Virus record (IMG/VR): IMGVR_UViG_3300044712_002668 | Location: 248,001-312,000 of that record | Reading direction: 5' to 3' (one strand) | DNA length: 64,000 bases | Shown: positions 10,929 through 21,500 of the stretch, piece by piece | Layout: each line of letters opens with the position of its first letter | Numbering within the stretch: position 1 is the first letter of the stretch | Translations under genes and position numbers: made by a program | Notes under the pieces: generated by a model | Told to the model about the DNA's origin: nothing | The model's database searches: none | What the model saw: only the letters and a program-made list of their open reading frames with translations

Positions 10929-11642
10929 TCAGGAAACATCAACAAGGATTGGTTGAGGCTCCATGAGTTTTAAAAGCTGACCAGCTTTAAGGGCTGTTTT
11001 ATTTCTTGGCTCAAACAAAGGGTTTTGAGCATCAGATCCTTTAGCGTTATATTTATTCATTAAGATAACCCCTTCAAGATCTTCTTTATCATATGGTTTT
11101 TGATATTGTGTAATTCTTTTGAAACATATTTTTCTTAATATTTCGCTAATATGTTTTTTTACTACGAGGTATGGCTCTATAACTGTAAGAAATGAAGCTA
11201 CATCATAAAAACAATCAATTTGCCATTTCTGACACATTCTAGTGTTTTTATGTTTGCTTGGTTTAGATTGTTTATATAGATGACCACCACATAACTCTTG
11301 TAGTCTTACTTGCATTATTGGTGTTGTACTATTAACACAGACTCTTGTATATATATGGTTTTTCTTATATACAGCTCCAATATAACCTTCACCATCTATA
11401 ATACCAGCAATCCATCCTTTATCTTTTTCTGGAAGTTTTTCTAATTTTGATACTAATGATTTGAATCTTGTCATATCCCTTTCTGCTTTTAGATCTTTTA
11501 CAATATTCCAAAAATTACTTTTTCTACATGGTATGATTTCTATAATTTCTTCATATTTTTTACCTGATAAAAACAATTTTCTAATTTGGTTTGATTGTTC
11601 TTCAGATAGTCTAATTTGCGTTCCATCTTTTGCTTTAGGCAT
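10929..11642 (-). CDS. Free-standing LAGLIDADG homing endonuclease with N-terminal HTH
   Basis: GWIAGIIDGEGYI and IEPYLVVKK motifs; inverted relative to neighbours and more AT-rich. Confidence 0.8.
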   Translation of the reverse strand: MPKAKDGTQIRLSEEQSNQIRKLFLSGKKYEEIIEIIPCRKSNFWNIVKDLKAERDMTRFKSLVSKLEKLPEKDKGWIAGIIDGEGYIGAVYKKNHIYTRVCVNSTTPIMQVRLQELCGGHLYKQSKPSKHKNTRMCQKWQIDCFYDVASFLTVIEPYLVVKKHISEILRKICFKRITQYQKPYDKEDLEGVILMNKYNAKGSDAQNPLFEPRNKTALKAGQLLKLMEPQPILVDVS

Positions 11643-11645
11643 AAA

Positions 11646-11671
11646 TCTCCTTACTTAAGGTAGTAAGGAGA
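11646..11671 (-). promoter_or_regulatory. Hairpin sequestering the RBS of the LAGLIDADG gene
   Basis: TCTCCTTACT-N6-AGTAAGGAGA, a perfect 10-bp stem containing the minus-strand AAGGAG just upstream of the ATG. Confidence 0.7.
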
Positions 11672-11702
11672 AAACTAAAACTCGACAAGAAAGAAAAATC
11701 AA

Positions 11703-13058
11703 ATGCCTCGTATCGAAACCACTATCAAGGCTGAGTATCTGAGTTCTGGACGTGGGGCATGGTCTACCTATTCCGGAATTCGTGAATTGCTACAGAATGC
11801 AAGGGATGCGGAAATCCAGCTAGATGCTCCTATGACCGTAGAGTTTGTGTATCGGGTTCGTAAGGGTGAAAAAGTTGGCGCAATGGTGGTTAAGAATGAT
11901 GGTTGTGTAATGCCACGTGAAACTATTTTGACTGGTCATTCTACCAAGCTAGGTGATTCTCGTTTGATTGGAAAGTATGGTGAGGGTTTCTGTTTGGGGC
12001 TCCTTGCCCTGCTCCGTAATGATGTTGATATCAAGATTCGTAATGGTAGTGAGGTCTGGAATCCTGTGATTGCCAGGTCCGATAAGTTTGATGCTGATGT
12101 TCTTGCATTCGATATTACTACTGGTCATAAGTATGAGAATCGTGTTCAGATTGAAGTAGTTGGAATTTCAGAGGAACAATGGGTTGATATTGAGAAAAAA
12201 ATCCTCTTTCTGAACAAGCATTCAATCACCGATACTGTTGATGTTTCTGATGGTAAGATCATTATCGATCCTCGTTATAAGGGTATGGTTTTCGTCAAGG
12301 GTATGTTTGTTCACAATACCGATTTTCGTTTCGGTTATGATTTCAAGGATGCCGATATTGATCGGGATCGCCGGATGCTTTCTAATTTGAATGAGAAGAC
12401 CTCTTCTCTGTTGGCTCAGGCTTGCAATAGCGGTAAGCTCTCCTCTGCCATTCTGGATATGTTGATGGAAAGTAAGAATGAGGTTGATGAAATGACCTCA
12501 TGGCGATTGAGGGAATCCGGTATGGATAGTATCTTGAAGGAGTTTGAAGAAATGTATGGTGGTGCATTGCCCGTTCGTGATGAAGAGGAGGTAAGAGAGT
12601 TTGGTATCTATGGTGTCAAGGCCATGGTAGCTCCTTATAATATCCGCAATATCTGGGAGTCCCGTAAGGGTACCATCTCCAGTCAGTTGAAGAAGCTCCG
12701 TCAAAGCGCCATTACCGCTTTCTCCCTTGATGAACTCTCCGAAGTTGAAAGGAATAATTTCAATAAGGCTGTAAAGCTGGTTGCTCAAGCAAGGCAAAGC
12801 ATTGGTGATAAGGAGCTTGATATCAACAATATTTTTGTTTGTCATTTCTCGAAGGGAGATTTGTTGGGGACATACAATCCGGAAGATGGAACGGTGAGAT
12901 TGGCCAAGGGAATTCTGAATGACTTTGGAAAGACGTTGTATACTTTGATTCATGAGGTTGCTCATGAGCATGGCCGGGATGGTTATCTCAGTCATGAGAA
13001 GGTGATTGGTGAGTTGACTGAGGTTGTGTTCAATGAGATGAGTAAGGGTAATAACTAA
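11703..13058 (+). CDS. GHKL-type ATPase with C-terminal HExxH metallopeptidase-like motif
   Basis: IRELLQNARDA, KNDG, IGKYGEG; LIHEVAHEHG. Confidence 0.65.
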   Translation: MPRIETTIKAEYLSSGRGAWSTYSGIRELLQNARDAEIQLDAPMTVEFVYRVRKGEKVGAMVVKNDGCVMPRETILTGHSTKLGDSRLIGKYGEGFCLGLLALLRNDVDIKIRNGSEVWNPVIARSDKFDADVLAFDITTGHKYENRVQIEVVGISEEQWVDIEKKILFLNKHSITDTVDVSDGKIIIDPRYKGMVFVKGMFVHNTDFRFGYDFKDADIDRDRRMLSNLNEKTSSLLAQACNSGKLSSAILDMLMESKNEVDEMTSWRLRESGMDSILKEFEEMYGGALPVRDEEEVREFGIYGVKAMVAPYNIRNIWESRKGTISSQLKKLRQSAITAFSLDELSEVERNNFNKAVKLVAQARQSIGDKELDINNIFVCHFSKGDLLGTYNPEDGTVRLAKGILNDFGKTLYTLIHEVAHEHGRDGYLSHEKVIGELTEVVFNEMSKGNN

Positions 13059-15864
13059 TATGAACCGTGCATGTCAATGTGAGGATTGTGAAGGACCGCA
13101 TTGTGGTAATTGTGGCTGTCATGCCGAGGGAGTTTGTGAGAAGTGCAATCCTGAATCTCTTGAGGATCGCAAGCGGCGATATGTTTATGAGACCTTGAAG
13201 GAAGAGCCAAGTTCTTCTCAGGAACAGGTCCTGAAGCAGTTCGGACTCCATGGATGATATCGGTTATGAAGGCATTAATGAAAAATACATTTCTTTAAAA
13301 AATAGACTTGAATATGTTGCTAAAAAGATTGGATTGAATGTTACTCCTATTATTCTGAATAAATCTGATAAATATTCTGATGGTGATGTTTATTTCAATG
13401 GTTCAAAATATTCCATCTCTATAAATGTTATTGAAGCCAAGGTAGGGATTACCAATAGAACAGAAAAGAAACTTACATATCAGATTTATGAAGCTATGAG
13501 TCATGCCTGGAGTAGAGATATTCCTCCAGAATATGACGTTACGGAATATGGAGAGGTATTGTATACGGAGGATATGGCGGTACAGAAATACATTGCATTG
13601 ATTATTGAGGAAGCAATTGAGAATGTATATCTTGTTGAAGCAGATGAAGCGTATGCAAGGAGTCTGTAACATGAACGATACCACCTATACCAGTATTACG
13701 AAGAAGGTTTCTGAGCATTACAATGCTGTTGCTTGTCATATTCTTACTATGAGTCAGGCAACCTTCAGTTCTAGTTTTGATTATACGGCTCCTACTGGAT
13801 ATGATGAAGAGCATCTTCTTGGTAGTGGTTGTATGATTAATATTGGATTGCAGAAGGGTACTGGAAGGTATATGGTTAGTATTTATGATGTTAACAATGA
13901 TATTATTGGAGAGGGTGTTGGAGTAGCAGATCTGAATGAGGCAAAGGTTATTGCCTATCGTTCAGCAATGGTTTCCTTGTTTATCAAGGAGAAGGTTTAT
14001 ATTGATATCTTTCCTGATAAGTCCGGGCTTGAGGATTTGAGGAATGATTTGTTGCAGGCTATTGGAGATCACATTGGGTATAAGGATTATGTAACGTATA
14101 ATAATTTTGTTGATGGTATTGTGCAGGTTCTTATGAAGAGGAGCGATTTCATTCCGTTTGATGAGGCTTGCAGCAAGGTTGATGGTTATCTGAATAAGGT
14201 TCTTGGTTGTGTGAATCTTTTCCACAATAAGTAATATGACAATCTCCTGCCCTTCAGATTTGAATGAACTTGGTAAGCAAGCTTATGAAGTTATTTTGAG
14301 GGTTGTTACCGAGGAGATGGGAGAAAGCCCTCGTACTGAGGGCAAGACTTTCTATTCTCCTTTGGAATGGCGGCTCAGGAATGAGAGTTATGGTACCAAT
14401 TCCGAATTGATTATCGTTCATGATGGCGGGGTTTTTGCCAAGTTCTTCAATCTTGATTATGGTCATTATGAACTTGAAGATAAGATTCAAAATGAATTGA
14501 ACAAGATTGGGCTTTATGCTCAGGCTTGTACGAGCTGGTATACTGCAATCTACAAGATCTGATTATGACGTGGTTGACCTTCTTGATTTTATGGGTCTCT
14601 GTGTTTGCTACCTACATCATTGGAGATTGGCTTTACGCAGCCTATATTCGGGCTGTTGCTGATGCATCTCCTATGCGAGCTGCTTTTATTTCCATGCTTA
14701 TTCACGGTGTATACATTTTTGGAACCGTTGGTTATCTTAAGAATCTTTGGCTAGTGATTCCTTGTTTGATTGGATCTGGTGTTGGTACCTACCTTAGTAC
14801 TGCTAAAACCGTAAAGGCACCTGAGAGCTGATATGGCAAAATACGAAGTAACAGGATTGAAGACTGTTGTTTTTGTTAATAAGTATATTGTTGAAGCTGA
14901 TACTGAGGAGGCGGCATTTCAGAAGGTTGTTGATGGAGATGTTATTTCAGAGGATACTGTAAATGAACTTGAGGATGAAGGAACGGTTGATCCTCAGGAA
15001 TGTGTTTTGATTGAAGAAGTTGAAGATGAAGAGATTAATGAGGATGATGTTATTCCTACTATTGAAGAAGGTTTGGATGGTTTGGATCCTTCAGATCTTG
15101 ATGTAGATAATGAAGGTAAGGTTTTGATTTATACCAGTATTTATAAGTGGTCTGATGGAACTTTCCATACTACTGCTGAACCAGCTACGGAGTCTGAAGA
15201 TGAGTAATCCTGTTCCCTATTTGACTTACTCTCCTGAACCTTCTATTATGTGTAATATGTGTAATGGTTCTGGAGAAGGTATGGTAGATGGAACGATCTG
15301 TTCTACTTGTAAGGGTGATGGTGAAGTTGCTAATGATGAAACGGAACAAACCGTTTATCTAGATTTTGCTCCCGATAAGAAGTTGGCAAATAAATTTGAA
15401 TCTTCCAAGATGACTTGTTCTTCTTGTGGAAAAGAATTCGAGGATGGTGAGCATGCTCACTTCTTCGAAAATGATCTTTTCTGCGCCGAATGTTTCGCTG
15501 ATGTAAATAATCCGTCTGAGAGGTAGGTAACCCTCCTATAGAGGTGGTCAAACCACCCACATAACATGTATTGAAACCACCTACATTTACAATAAGAAGC
15601 GGACATGGTAGTGAACAACGAGACAGGTTTTGAGTTTTCTTGGGTGATGGTCACTGACCAGCACGGAAATAATTCTATAGCATGTTTCAATAAAATTGGA
15701 AATCAGTTGGCTACGGTATTGTATTTGCAAGATACATGGATTGCATCAATTTATAGTCCGCAGCTTCGTAAGAAGGCTGTATACTTTGCTGATAGCGCAC
15801 ACAATGCAATGATGCTTACGGAGCAGTATTTGAATAGTCAAGGTGTTATGTACGGTAACTCATA

Positions 15865-16395
15865 ATGAAAGAAGAATTCTTTGAGTCGCAAATGATAATA
15901 GAAAATGATGATAGGAGGTTTGTAGATAAGGTAATCTTTTTAGATGTAGATGGTGTCTTGAATACAGATAGTTCAAGAGGGTTCTACATAATGAATATGG
16001 TTCCTGACATGGTAAGGAACCTTGAAGTTATAGTGAGAAATACCGGGGCATATTTAGTAATATCTAGTGACTGGAGACATGGAGGCATAGGACCTGATTC
16101 TGATTTTCAAAGGCATTTGAAGTTTGCTTGTATCAAGTATGGCAATGTACAGATGTTTGATTATCTTGTAGATAGAATCCATGGGAAAACCTTGGATTTA
16201 GGTCTGCGCCAGAAGGAAATATATGAATACGCAGAATATCATGGAATCAAGCGCTTCATCGCACTTGATGACTACGAAGAACATTTCCCTGATAAACCAG
16301 ATTGGCTCGTTCTTACAGACGACAGGGACGGTCTTACGGACGCTATTGTGGGACGATGCATCGATAAACTTGGACGATCCGGTAATGACGATTGA
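15865..16395 (+). CDS. HAD-family phosphatase (RNA-repair type)
   Basis: IFLDVDGVLN, VISSDWR, FIALDD, DGLT. Confidence 0.8.
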   Translation: MKEEFFESQMIIENDDRRFVDKVIFLDVDGVLNTDSSRGFYIMNMVPDMVRNLEVIVRNTGAYLVISSDWRHGGIGPDSDFQRHLKFACIKYGNVQMFDYLVDRIHGKTLDLGLRQKEIYEYAEYHGIKRFIALDDYEEHFPDKPDWLVLTDDRDGLTDAIVGRCIDKLGRSGNDD

Positions 16396-16526
16396 AGAGT
16401 ATCGTGACCACTGTGAATCAGGGGATCAAGTATGTACTTACTGTGGTGAGGTTCAACTGAATACGTATCAATGCGAGTATTGTGGTAGATCTGATACGCT
16501 TGTGTCTATGAGGAAAGCACGGCAAG

Positions 16527-18575
16527 ATGGATCAATTACCGTCATTACCGGATAATACTGTAGGCGTTATTGTTGTACATAAAAGTTGTCCTTATCCTGC
16601 TGGTATTAGTGGTTATGAGGTTGTTCCACTAGATGAGGAATGGAAACTTCTTTATACCAAGCCACATATTACATGGTTACATAAAGATCATATTGATTTT
16701 CTTAAGGGTCATTTCAAATCCGCTCCACAGGGCAGTTTTTATTTTGTATATAGAAACATAACCAAAAATGGTGGTGTTTATGAGGATGTTATTGTTCATG
16801 GTGTAAACCAAACTCCTCTTAATTTTACAAACAGTGATAATGGTATTAGTATTTCAAAATCTATTTATAAGAAAGCTTCTCCTCCAAATGATAACATAAT
16901 AGATTCTTGTGGTGCAAATATTGCAGTTATTCTTAAAAGGGCTCTGTATTATAAGTATTCTGATAAACTTCCTATCTTTCAGCATAGTTTTGGTTCTAAA
17001 GATGATAAGTGGGTCATACTTTATTCAAGGGTAGGGACAGGAACTCAGGAGTGTAGAAAAGTTCAAAGTATCCTTGAAAACGAATCTAGTGATGATTTTG
17101 TTATTTATAATGCAGTATCAAAGGATAATTTTCCATTTTCTTTTGGCAATGCACCGGATCGTCCCTGGACTATTGACAATCGTTATGATGCATTAAGGTT
17201 CAAAGATGATGGAAATTATCTAGAGTTTTATGTAAAAGCTATAGAGAAAGAAGATGTAGAAGAAGATGTAGAAGAAGATGTAGAAGAAGATGATGAAGAG
17301 GAAGAGATGAAAGATTTCGAAGAAATAGTTGCACATTTCGATATTGATAATCCTTCAATCTTTTATGCGATAAAAGAAGATCTTTATAAAAAGCTCCAAG
17401 AGAATGGTGTTTGTACAAATTTCATTGGTAGGAAGGAACCACTAAAGACAAATGGTTGGGTTGTATATGTAGCTAAAGCTGAATATGGAATAGGTTTTTC
17501 ACATAGTACAAATCAACATCTTTCTAATAAATTCTTTAGTGCTCTACAGCAATTCAATCCAGATGGAACTAAGTACAAGGTAATGACTTCCGTTACTGGT
17601 GATTGGTATCTACAGGAAGGGATTGCTAAAGAACCTTGGAATGTTGTCTTTGGAGGTAGTGATTATAACCTTACCAGTAATAAGAAAATATCAAATAGAG
17701 CTTCTATTGAAGAAGTATTGCTTCAACTAATTGAAGGTGAAACTTATTATTTCAATTTTTCAGAAGACCTAGATAACAAATTTATACAATCAGTGTATTA
17801 TGCAGAGCATGTAAAGCCAAATCTTGATGGTGACATTTACAAGATAAAGCTTGGAAATAGATTTCTTTATTTCCATAGCGATGAGGATCTTAATGATGGT
17901 GTTTTTGATTGGATTAGAAAAAACAATATACCCGCATCACAATATCATATGCCGGATTTGGGTGCTCTTGAACCCATTGTAACTGAAGATGAAGATGGTG
18001 ATTTGGTTTTGAATCCGGATTATTTTGATAAATTCTTTAATGACTTCAAGAGTGTGAACGGTATTCAAGTTTCATCGGAAGAGCTGACCAAGGGAAACGA
18101 AATGTCCAATAACACCGCCATGACAGTTTTTAATAAGATTATCGCCAAGGGTGGAAATATTGCCAAGAAGGGCACCGTCCGAGCCGTTTCCCGAAAAGGT
18201 CTCACCAAGGCTCGCCAAATCGTTTCTACTGTCCTCAAGTCCAAGGGCATTGATAATGCTACTATCAAAATTGTTGACGCTTTCCTCAAGACTGATGTGG
18301 GTGAAGGTGTTCTCAGTGTTGGGGTTGGGCTTTTGTTGGAGCATTTCCCTGGGTTGAGTGAGAATGAATTTGCCAAGCAGGTAGCCGAGGAGATGCAGGC
18401 TGAAGGTGCTGCCAAGGTATTTGGAGAGATTATCGAGTTGGTGTTCAGCTTTGCTGAGCCGATGGTTGCAGAGATGTTTGCGGAAACTCCGAAGACCAGG
18501 GTTCATGCAGAGAATGAGAATGAGGAAGAGGAGATTGAGCACGCTCATTCCCGTTCCAAGGGTAAGAAGAATTGA
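16527..18575 (+). CDS. Large hypothetical protein with an acidic linker
   Basis: 682-aa ORF; a possible internal start at MSNNTA. Confidence 0.6.
   Translation: MDQLPSLPDNTVGVIVVHKSCPYPAGISGYEVVPLDEEWKLLYTKPHITWLHKDHIDFLKGHFKSAPQGSFYFVYRNITKNGGVYEDVIVHGVNQTPLNFTNSDNGISISKSIYKKASPPNDNIIDSCGANIAVILKRALYYKYSDKLPIFQHSFGSKDDKWVILYSRVGTGTQECRKVQSILENESSDDFVIYNAVSKDNFPFSFGNAPDRPWTIDNRYDALRFKDDGNYLEFYVKAIEKEDVEEDVEEDVEEDDEEEEMKDFEEIVAHFDIDNPSIFYAIKEDLYKKLQENGVCTNFIGRKEPLKTNGWVVYVAKAEYGIGFSHSTNQHLSNKFFSALQQFNPDGTKYKVMTSVTGDWYLQEGIAKEPWNVVFGGSDYNLTSNKKISNRASIEEVLLQLIEGETYYFNFSEDLDNKFIQSVYYAEHVKPNLDGDIYKIKLGNRFLYFHSDEDLNDGVFDWIRKNNIPASQYHMPDLGALEPIVTEDEDGDLVLNPDYFDKFFNDFKSVNGIQVSSEELTKGNEMSNNTAMTVFNKIIAKGGNIAKKGTVRAVSRKGLTKARQIVSTVLKSKGIDNATIKIVDAFLKTDVGEGVLSVGVGLLLEHFPGLSENEFAKQVAEEMQAEGAAKVFGEIIELVFSFAEPMVAEMFAETPKTRVHAENENEEEEIEHAHSRSKGKKN
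17249..17293 (+). repeat. 12-bp in-frame tandem repeat (EEDV)n
   Basis: (aagaagatgtag) x3 plus a partial copy. Confidence 0.85.
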
Positions 18576-18589
18576 TATAAGAAGGTAAT

Positions 18590-21500
18590 ATGAAAGTAAT
18601 CGAAAAGATAGTGATGGATTATCCAAGTCATAACCTATCGAAATGTTTGGATGATATTGAACAATCCGTTCCCCAGTTGAGCAAGGTTGAGCGTGTTATT
18701 GTTTCTCTATGGTGGAGTAACAAGATGCCTCGCTTCTTCCGGCCTGTTGTTGGAATGATTGTCAACAAGGAAATCCGAGAATGAACCCTCGTACACTGAA
18801 GAATTTGATTGATAATATTTCAAACAAAATGGGAATCAAGCTTGATACATATCTGGTCAAGGTTGATGGTAATGTTTTTGTAGTGGGAGATAATTCTGCC
18901 ATCCGGTTCCAAGGGGAAACCACTGGAGATTATACCGTTTGGCAACATATGGAGGATTCTTGGACGCCTCTGCATATTGAGGAGTTTTTGTCTTTGACTT
19001 TGGAAAGGGCTTTGAAAGTATTCTTTCAAGAAATTTTGAATGACCGTCTGGATAATTATTTTCTCAATCACGAATAAACATGGCGAACAACTACTGTCAG
19101 TTTTCTGAGGTTCTTTCTTGTGGTTCCAAAGAGGAAGCCCAATGGGTTAGCCGTATTTCCCAATTGGCTCTGGATTATTCTCTAGAGCAGGTTGAAGTAG
19201 GTCCTGATTGGAATGATGATTTCGAACCTATTACTGAAGATGCCAAGCTTGCAGCAGACATTGTTGATGGTGGTTTTAATGGTTGTGGTTTCAGTTTCAA
19301 AATTGAAGATGATTCAAATGTTTGGTTTTACGCAGAGGAATGTGGTGATCCTGGGTTTGTAGCAGAGATTGTTTTTGAATATTTCAAGAAGTTCAATAAG
19401 AAGGAATGCTTTTCTATTTCGTATGCTGAAACTTGTGAGAGGCCAAGGGTGGGTGAATTCGGTGGTGGTGCTCTCTTTGTTACTTTGGATGGTATCAAGT
19501 TCATGAATTCTTATACTTGGATTCAGGAACAGACTGATAAGTTCAAGGAATAACATGGACATCCAAGATCACATTGAAGATTTGGCAAAGGAGGCCGCTG
19601 GCAATTGGAAGAAGTTTGAATCATTCGCTTGGCATGATGAACCAGAGGATGGTGATAATTGGACAATCATCAACACTCATCATCGCGATTCCGATCTTCT
19701 TTCCCAATCCAATGCAGATGCAATTGACAATGCTCTGCAGCCTTTTATGGGAGATGATTGTATCTCTATGAGGTCCAGTCATTGGGGTGTTGGTTGGGTT
19801 GATGGTTATGCTATCAGGGTTTATAAGGAAGGGGAAGTTACCAAGGCTTTCTCTGCCTATGCTGAACTCTATATCGCTCTTCAAAATTATCCTGTTCTTG
19901 ATGATGAGGATTATTCAAGGCGGGAACTTGAAGCTTCCATTGAGAACATAAATGATATCGCTCATAATTATGTAAAGGCTTCTGCCCCTGCCGAATGGTC
20001 CGAGAAGGTCTGGGAATGGCTTTGGAACAATGATCAAAGGGAACTTGATAATAGTGATGGGCATGGGGCATACCCCAGTCTGAAGGCTTGCCAGACGGCT
20101 CTAAAGGCATTGGGTTGGTTTGAGAGCGAATGGGATGACTGATATGAACATCATCGAAACCAAAAAGGTTTGTGGTCTTACTGTAAAGATTATGACTGAT
20201 GATGATCCAATGAATCCTCGTGATTGGGATCATGTTGGAAACATGTATTGTTTCCATCGCCGCTATAAGTTGGGTGATAAGCATAACTTCAGCATGGAAG
20301 ATGTTGAGGAAATTGTAAATGATACTGAGAATAATATTTCATTGCCACTGTATTTGATGGATCATTCTGGATTGAGTATGTCAACCGGAGATTATGGTGA
20401 CAAGTTTGATAGTGGGCAGGTAGGATATATTACTGCACCCAAGGGAACTCATGGGCTTGATGATGAGAAGTTGATTGAGGCATTGAAGGCCGAGGTTGAA
20501 GTTTATTCAAAGTTTCTATCTGGTAGTTGTTATTGTTACACTATTGAGGATACTACTGGTGAATTTGTAGATTCTTGTGGAGGTTATTATGATATGGAGA
20601 GTATGGAGGATGATTACACTTCAAGTGCCAAATATTTCTTGAAGAAGAGAGAGGATCGTGTAGATAAGATTATTGCCCAGCAGCAGAAAAAGCCATTCAA
20701 GGCCAAGAAGAAGGTTATCTTCCAGGTTATGAATGAGTCAAGGAAGTATTTGACCAGTGCGATTATAAACAAGATTGCAGAGAGTCTTGATATTCTACCA
20801 GTACAGGTGGAGGCTGTATATGAAAAGGTGCGAAATAAGTTGTCAGACTCTTAAAACAATAGCGGCAATTACTCGTAGAGCTTTCATACCATTCACTTCC
20901 GAGTATGGCTTTATCCCTCGCTTCTCTTGTGCTTGTGCAGTTTGTTCTTATGTTTTGGATAAAGTATTCCGTAACTTCAATATCAATTCACAAATGGTAT
21001 TTGGATACTTTGAAGATAACGATCATTGCTTTGTAGTAATTGACAATGAGATAGTGGTTGATATAACCGCTACACAATTCGGTAAGTATTCAGAAATCAT
21101 TGTTGATGATTATTTCCATGCCAAATCTCCTTATACAATAAAGATTTCAAATACCAATGATACATTGGATTTTGTGAATAATGATCGTAATTGGGACCAT
21201 GGACAGAGTCCGGTGTTCTTTAGTGATGAGTTGGAAGATATAATACTGGATGTTACAAAGCAGGTGCAAGCATGTCATATCGCCTCATCGCAGTAGATGA
21301 TACCAAGTATTGGTCTGACGAAATCCGATCTGGTGTTGATAAGATATATACTCGGTATGTATATAATGATACTGAGTGTACTTATTGCTGTGAGCTTACT
21401 CCTAGCCGCTGCCTATTCTTCGTAGGGTTTTCTCCTACTGGAGATGTCAGTGAGGAGTTGGCTGAGAAGATTAGTGAAGAGGAATGTAATTTTGAGGATG

